Shown one piece after another: positions 27,521 to 32,000 of a stretch of DNA of 32,000 bases (position 1 is the first letter of the stretch; every line of letters starts with the position of its first letter). The translations under genes were made by a program, and so were the position numbers. The notes beneath the pieces were generated by a model. The model made no database searches. It worked only from the letters and a program-made list of their open reading frames with translations, and was not told the DNA's origin. The stretch comes from Candidatus Nitrospira inopinata (GTDB taxonomy: Bacteria > Nitrospirota > Nitrospiria > Nitrospirales > Nitrospiraceae), in NCBI RefSeq assembly GCF_001458695.1, contig NZ_LN885086.1, positions 1,680,001-1,712,000 on the forward strand, in the 5' to 3' direction.

Positions 27521-27727
27521 GTCGACTCCCTTCGTAGATCCAAGGCATTGACTAGTGAGGCTGTACTATCTAGGCCATACTGTCGGGATCTTCATTCTGT
27601 CTCCTGCCAGAAAAGTTGAGGAAAACATTGAAAAATAGGCAAAAATCGACATTTTCCAAGGCCTCGTTTTTGCTATGTCGATCATGGCTCTTTGAGTGGG
27701 ACGATTACGAAGAGGAGGACGCTCGAG

Positions 27728-28669
27728 ATGGTCCAACGAATGTCCGCATCCGACCTCTATCGGCGCGGGTTGGTGCTGAAAAAAGCGCACATGTTCCACA
27801 TGGCAATCGAGGATTTCGAGCAGGCGGCGCGCGATCCGCAATATGCCCCCCAGGCGTACATTCAGATGGCATTGTGCTGGAGGGCCGTTGATCGTACTGA
27901 CGAAGCCGTCTCGGCGTTTCGTCAAGCGGCGGCTTCTCCTATTTTGTCCTCCGAGGAGCGGCTGCACGTGTTCTATCACCTGGGCCGATTGTTGGAAGAG
28001 CAAGGCCGGTTTTCTGAAAGTTTGGAGCTCTATGGGATGATTCGAAAAGAGAACCCCGACTTTGGCGACGTGGCGCTCCGCATCCGGCGTCTCTGCACCG
28101 GAAAAGGCGGATCAATGACGGCGACTCGTGGTTCGCGTTCCATTCGCCGAGCAACGGGCCCCTCGTGGGGGCTCTGGGTCAAATCATTGCTCCAGCAAAC
28201 CGGGCGGTGGCTGGATCGAACATCTCAAGCCACGCCGGGAGGCTCTGCGAATCGGCCCGGTCATCCTCGGAATCAAGGTCGTGGCGCGAGCGGGCTACGT
28301 TCCTTCGCAGGCCCGCATGACGGTGCGGAGGCCGATCAGGGGTTGAAAAAGCGGACCGTCGAACATCGCCGGTGCGAGCGCGTACCGATTCGTCTGCCAA
28401 GCTCTTTTGCCGTCAAAGGGCGCATGGTTGCCGGCAAAGGCGAGGTGTGCGACCTGTCTCCCTGGGGATGTCGGATCAGCAGTGCGGTGTCCGTTCCGAT
28501 CGGCACCGACGTGCAGTGCTGCATTTTTTCAGGCCGTTCCGGCGACGCCCTCCTGATTGAGGGGGCGACGGTGCGCTGGATCGGTCCGAGGGAGTTTGGT
28601 CTTGCCTTCACCAAAATCAGCCCGGCCGTGCAACAGCAACTGGTGCGGTTGTGCAGAGCCGCCGCCTGA
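27728..28669 (+). CDS. TPR-repeat protein with C-terminal PilZ (c-di-GMP-binding) domain
   Basis: N-terminal TPR-like helices (about 120 aa), an Arg/Gly/Ser-rich linker, then a PilZ domain. The PilZ domain carries both canonical motifs: RRCER (RxxxR, nt 28367-28381) and DLSPWG (DxSxxG, nt 28451-28468). ATG 27728 is preceded by AGGAGG. Confidence 0.85.
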   Translation: MVQRMSASDLYRRGLVLKKAHMFHMAIEDFEQAARDPQYAPQAYIQMALCWRAVDRTDEAVSAFRQAAASPILSSEERLHVFYHLGRLLEEQGRFSESLELYGMIRKENPDFGDVALRIRRLCTGKGGSMTATRGSRSIRRATGPSWGLWVKSLLQQTGRWLDRTSQATPGGSANRPGHPRNQGRGASGLRSFAGPHDGAEADQGLKKRTVEHRRCERVPIRLPSSFAVKGRMVAGKGEVCDLSPWGCRISSAVSVPIGTDVQCCIFSGRSGDALLIEGATVRWIGPREFGLAFTKISPAVQQQLVRLCRAAA

Positions 28670-28696
28670 CAACCGATCGTGCGGAGGCGGTTTTTA
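28662..28696 (+). terminator. Candidate intrinsic terminator of the TPR-PilZ gene
   Basis: CCGCCT (28662-28667) pairs with AGGCGG (28685-28690) across a 17-nt loop, followed by TTTTT (28691-28695). The stem is short. Confidence 0.45.
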
Positions 28697-28795
28697 CCGA
28701 CGCATCTGCCCTTCTCGTGCCTTGCGTGAAGCTCCTTCGGCGAAGAGGTGAAAACGCGGCGTCGGTGGGAAACGGAAGTATGCGGGCAAAGGAAA

Positions 28796-29071
28796 TCAGG
28801 GAAGCGCCGCTGAATGCGGCTCTCTGGATTGGACCTTCTCAGAGCTTTCCAAGAAAGCGGCCGGTCGGGGAGAAGCCGGCCGCAGCTCATATTCAAAATT
28901 CCGCCGCCGCAAGCAAATCGCTCCTTGTCGGCTCAAGGCGTCCACACTTGTAAACACCTGGCTCCAAGTCCATTCCGGCAAACACAACAGCAGTTCCTCA
29001 AGCGAAATGGTCCCTCGTGCATGAACAATGGTCAAGATTCTCGCCTCCGTGCGCTCCGTTGCGATGCTCAT
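28796..29071 (-). CDS. Hypothetical small winged-helix-like protein (91 aa)
   Basis: From Met26 of ORF 28796..29146: MSIATERTEARILTIVHARGTISLEELLLCLPEWTWSQVFTSVDALSRQGAICLRR, which resembles a wHTH (ILxxL..G.xSxxEL......V...LxxLxxxGxI). GGAGG lies 6 nt upstream of the ATG. The C-terminal 25 aa look low-complexity. Confidence 0.45.
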   Translation of the reverse strand: MSIATERTEARILTIVHARGTISLEELLLCLPEWTWSQVFTSVDALSRQGAICLRRRNFEYELRPASPRPAAFLESSEKVQSREPHSAALP

Positions 29072-29229
29072 GCGGGTCCTCCAGGGGCTAAAAGAGCGAT
29101 GATCATCCGGCTGAGCACTTCCTTCGCGTATTTCAAGCCCACACATCTGTGAGAGCGAGACCGCGCAACCGAGCTCATAAAGAAAGGCCGTCGGGCGTGC
29201 GCAATTTCCTCGACGGGCTGTCGGTCATG

Positions 29230-29619
29230 CTAAAAGTCATCGGTTGAAACCGGGCGGAGAAGATCCCGAACCGACAGGATCCCCACGACGGCGTCGGCCT
29301 TGCGCACCACGAGATGCCGGACACCGTATCGGTACATCAGGTCGGCGGCTTCCGTAATGGGACGGCGTTCATCGATGCCGATGAGCGGGGCGCTCATGAT
29401 CACGCCGATCGGGAACAGAGACGGTTCCTGACCGGTTCCCAATACTTTCCTGACGATGTCCGATTCCGTCACAATGCCGACAATGTGGCGATCATGTTCC
29501 ACCAGAATGCTGCCGACGCGGTGGGCCGACATGGACTTCGCCGCCTCAACGGCGTTCATCGTTCCTGGTGCTGTCACGAGCTTGTGATTTATGAGCTGTC
29601 CGACTGTGACCATCGACAT
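29230..29619 (-). CDS. Stand-alone CBS-pair protein (129 aa)
   Basis: Two CBS repeats (SILVEHDRHIVGIVTESDIVRKVL; HLVVRKADAVVGILSVRDLLRPV). AAGGGGGA lies directly upstream of the ATG. Confidence 0.88.
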   Translation of the reverse strand: MSMVTVGQLINHKLVTAPGTMNAVEAAKSMSAHRVGSILVEHDRHIVGIVTESDIVRKVLGTGQEPSLFPIGVIMSAPLIGIDERRPITEAADLMYRYGVRHLVVRKADAVVGILSVRDLLRPVSTDDF

Positions 29620-29753
29620 TCCCCCTTTGTGAGGCGTTCGTCAAGAAATTTGTCCTTCTTATTTGGACAGGATGGTATCGGCCGCACATTGCGGGACCGT
29701 GTCTGTTTTGTAAAGCTTGCGTTAACCCTGCCGGTTGCGTCACGGTAGGTAAC

Positions 29754-29782
29754 GTTGACAAAGAGGGGAGCCTGCCTAACAA
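29754..29782 (+). promoter_or_regulatory. Candidate sigma-70 promoter for mrr
   Basis: Consensus TTGACA (29754-29759), 17-nt spacer, AACAAT (29777-29782). It lies about 90 nt upstream of the mrr ATG. Motif match only. Confidence 0.35.
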
Positions 29783-29871
29783 TTGCGACCCCATGTGCGA
29801 GCTCATGCGCGTCCGGTGAGACGCGCTACGCAAGCCGGCGTCGGCTTCCCTGTTCAGGATGGAGCGTCACC

Positions 29872-30780
29872 ATGGCCATACCGGATTACCAGTCCATCAT
29901 GCTTCCTCTGCTCCAGTTCGCAGCCGACGAGAAAGAACATTCTCTTCGGCAGGCGATCGAGAGCTTATCGGCCGAGTTCGGCCTTACGGAGGAAGAGAAA
30001 AAGGAATTGTTGCCGAGCGGGCAGCAACCAACCTTTGAGAACCGAGTCGCATGGGCGCGAACCTACCTGGTGAAGGCGGCCTTGCTTGAAGCTCCACGTC
30101 GAGGGTTTTTCCGTATCACGCCGCGTGGGCGCGATGTCCTTTCACAAAGACCGTCCGCGATCACTCCCAAGTTCTTGGAGCAGTTTCCTGAGTTTCTCGA
30201 CTTCCGCACCAAGCGTCATGAATCAAAAGAAGAAACCCAGTTATCTGAAAATAGGAGTCTGCAAACACCAGGGGAGCTGCTCGAAAGCGCATACCAAAAA
30301 TTACGCGAAGACCTGGCGGCCGAGTTGCTGAAGACGGTGAAGGAATGCTCGCCAGCTTTCTTTGAGCGGTTGGTCATTGATGTCTTGGTGAAAATGGGAT
30401 ATGGCGGTTCCCGCAAAGAGGCAGGAAAAGCCATCGGCCGTAGTGGCGATGAAGGCATTGACGGAATCATCAATGAAGACCGTCTCGGCCTCGATGTCAT
30501 CTATATTCAGGCCAAGCGCTGGAAAGATCAGATCGGTCGCCCGGAGATCCAAAAGTTTGTCGGGGCTCTTCAGGGGCATAGAGCCAATAAAGGCATCTTC
30601 ATCACCACCTCCAGCTTCACGCGGGAAGCCCAAGATTATGTCACCAAAATCAATTCAAAGATCGTCCTCATCGATGGTGAGCACTTATCCCAGCTCATGA
30701 TCGATCACAATGTGGGGGTTACCCCCGTCATGTCCTATGAAACCAAGAAAATTGACAGCGATTATTTCTTTGAGGAGTAA
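29872..30780 (+). CDS. mrr: Mrr-family type IV (modification-dependent) restriction endonuclease
   Basis: Mrr_N winged-helix N-terminus (IPDYQSIMLPLLQFA...NRVAWARTYLVKAALLE). PD-(D/E)xK catalytic core FERLVIDVL..MGY...GDEGIDGII...VIYIQAKRW. GGAG lies 7 nt upstream of ATG 29872. Confidence 0.9.
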   Translation: MAIPDYQSIMLPLLQFAADEKEHSLRQAIESLSAEFGLTEEEKKELLPSGQQPTFENRVAWARTYLVKAALLEAPRRGFFRITPRGRDVLSQRPSAITPKFLEQFPEFLDFRTKRHESKEETQLSENRSLQTPGELLESAYQKLREDLAAELLKTVKECSPAFFERLVIDVLVKMGYGGSRKEAGKAIGRSGDEGIDGIINEDRLGLDVIYIQAKRWKDQIGRPEIQKFVGALQGHRANKGIFITTSSFTREAQDYVTKINSKIVLIDGEHLSQLMIDHNVGVTPVMSYETKKIDSDYFFEE

Positions 30781-30923
30781 GACGGCAAACACGCCAGGGA
30801 GATGGATTCCCGACAAGAAGGAGCGAAAGGCTTCGCCCTATTTATCGTAAACGGACACCTTGCCGGAATCGTACCTTCGAGGAACAATCATTTCTCTCCC
30901 GGCTTTTGCAGCGTAGCCTACTT

Positions 30924-32000
30924 TCACACCTTCCCGAACATCCGTTCGAAGAACTCCCGTGTCCGGCTCATGTGTTGCTCGATGTCGGCCTGGAGATGAC
31001 GGGCGCCGGCCTGCCAGTCGTCGGTCATGTAGCCGACGCGACGGGCGAGAAAGATGAATTCGTCGGACTCAGGCGGCGGGAGCACCAGATCCTTGGTGTT
31101 GCCCCGCACCATGCGAAGTCCGTCGATCAACATGCGGATAAACAGATACGCCTTTCGCAGATCTTCTCCCGTCGAGGATGGAATGAGGCCGCCGTCGATC
31201 AGCGCAGCCAGCGCTTGAAGGGTGTTCGGAGTGCGCAGGCGCGGGTTTTTGTGTCCGTGCATGAGCTGCAGATACTGAATGGCGTACTCGATGGTGACGA
31301 TCCCGCCGTGGCTGTGCTTCAGGTTCACCTGGCCCGGTTTGACGAGTTGGGCGATTTGCTGGCGGCGCAGCTCCAGCGCGGCGGCAAGGTCCCAGGGAGC
31401 GCCGCTATAGACGTAACGGTCCCGATGGGCCTCCACCCTCTTGCCGAGGGCCGCGTCCCCGGCGACGAACCGGAGTTTGATCAAGGCTTGCCGCTCAAAC
31501 GGCGCGGCCAGGCCGCCGGGGCTATAGTAGGAGCGGATTTCGTCAAAGGCGTTGGCCAGCGAACCCTTGTCGCCGTGGGGCCGCAGGCGAACGTCCAGGT
31601 GGAAGATGCCTTCCCGTTTGGCCTCGATCCATTGCAGGAGCTCTTGCGCCAGTCGTTCGAAGTACTCGCTGTTGTCGATAGATTGTTTTCCGCTCGTGCG
31701 GCCGGATCCCTCGTACACGAAAAGCACCTCGATGTCCGACGCGTATCCCATTTCCCGCCCGCCGAATTTGCCGGCTCCGAAAACGGCGAAGAGGCAGGGC
31801 GTCTTGTCGGCGAGCTTGGGCGAGCCGTGGAGCCGGTTGAGTTTGTCTCGACAATCGATGAGGGCGCGCTCGACAATCACCTCCGCCAGTTGGGTGACGG
31901 CCAAGGAAAAGTCCGGGAGGCTGGTCGAGGGCTCGACGATGTGTTTCATGTCGATCCGGAACAGCTCGTGGTCCTTGAATTGATTCAAGGCCGCCTTTTT
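30924..32000 (-). CDS. glnE: Glutamine synthetase adenylyltransferase/adenylyl-removing enzyme, C-terminal part (5' end lies beyond the window)
   Basis: Nucleotidyltransferase motif GAGKFGGREMGYASDIEVLFVY and HLDVRLRPHG. The reading frame stays open to nt 32000, and the listed Met at 31988 is an internal TTG. Confidence 0.88.
   Translation of the reverse strand, partial: KKAALNQFKDHELFRIDMKHIVEPSTSLPDFSLAVTQLAEVIVERALIDCRDKLNRLHGSPKLADKTPCLFAVFGAGKFGGREMGYASDIEVLFVYEGSGRTSGKQSIDNSEYFERLAQELLQWIEAKREGIFHLDVRLRPHGDKGSLANAFDEIRSYYSPGGLAAPFERQALIKLRFVAGDAALGKRVEAHRDRYVYSGAPWDLAAALELRRQQIAQLVKPGQVNLKHSHGGIVTIEYAIQYLQLMHGHKNPRLRTPNTLQALAALIDGGLIPSSTGEDLRKAYLFIRMLIDGLRMVRGNTKDLVLPPPESDEFIFLARRVGYMTDDWQAGARHLQADIEQHMSRTREFFERMFGKV

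Noticed and set aside
27505-27535. tRNA-like T-arm resemblance (GGTCGACTCC) that might mark a tRNA fragment or att site
   Set aside because: No complementary T-stem, acceptor stem or CCA context can be built around it. No cloverleaf is foldable from the surrounding sequence.
28814-29152. 112-aa + strand ORF overlapping the minus-strand wHTH ORF
   Set aside because: Its translation is Arg/Ser/Pro/Gln-rich and unstructured-looking with no SD. The minus-strand frame has a GGAGG SD and a helix-turn-helix-like pattern, so the minus-strand call is preferred, at low confidence.

Overview
The window is mostly core genome from a diderm bacterium. Hand counts of single 60-nt lines give about 55-68% GC. 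The gene content (Lpt, PilQ secretin, sigma-54) would fit a Nitrospirota- or Proteobacteria-like organism, but I cannot establish taxonomy from the sequence alone.

From 1 to about 26 kb every gene is on the + strand and tightly packed, often with ATGA/TGATG start-stop overlaps:
- 1-10.3 kb: the 3' part of the spc operon and the alpha operon (rplN end, rplX, rplE, rpsN, rpsH, rplF, rplR, rpsE, rpmD, rplO, secY, adk, map, infA, rpmJ, rpsM, rpsK, rpsD, rpoA, rplQ), closed by a textbook intrinsic terminator.
- 10.4-15.2 kb: lptC-lptA-lptB-rpoN-hpf-rapZ.
- 15.5-20.5 kb: pilMNOPQ.
- 20.8-26.0 kb: aroB, nadE, glnB, glnA.

The last 6 kb (26-32 kb) is the only accessory-looking part, and strand orientation switches there. 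It holds a secreted adhesin-E-like protein, an unknown-N-domain + CBS-pair protein, a TPR-PilZ protein, a small winged-helix ORF, a stand-alone CBS-pair protein, a lower-GC mrr type IV restriction gene, and the 3' part of glnE running off the window.

I saw no rRNA, tRNA, CRISPR array, transposase or integrase. I do not see a clear-cut novel multi-gene system. The most interesting observations are:
1. A two-domain NadE whose glutaminase-domain catalytic Cys position reads Gly.
2. The cluster of output-less ligand-sensor proteins (CBS, PilZ, CBS) between glnA and glnE.
3. A bipartite direct repeat in the divergent promoter region at 26.56-26.64 kb.
4. Several unusual hairpins and repeats in the accessory intergenic regions.

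All family assignments come from motif recognition by eye. No database search was run.
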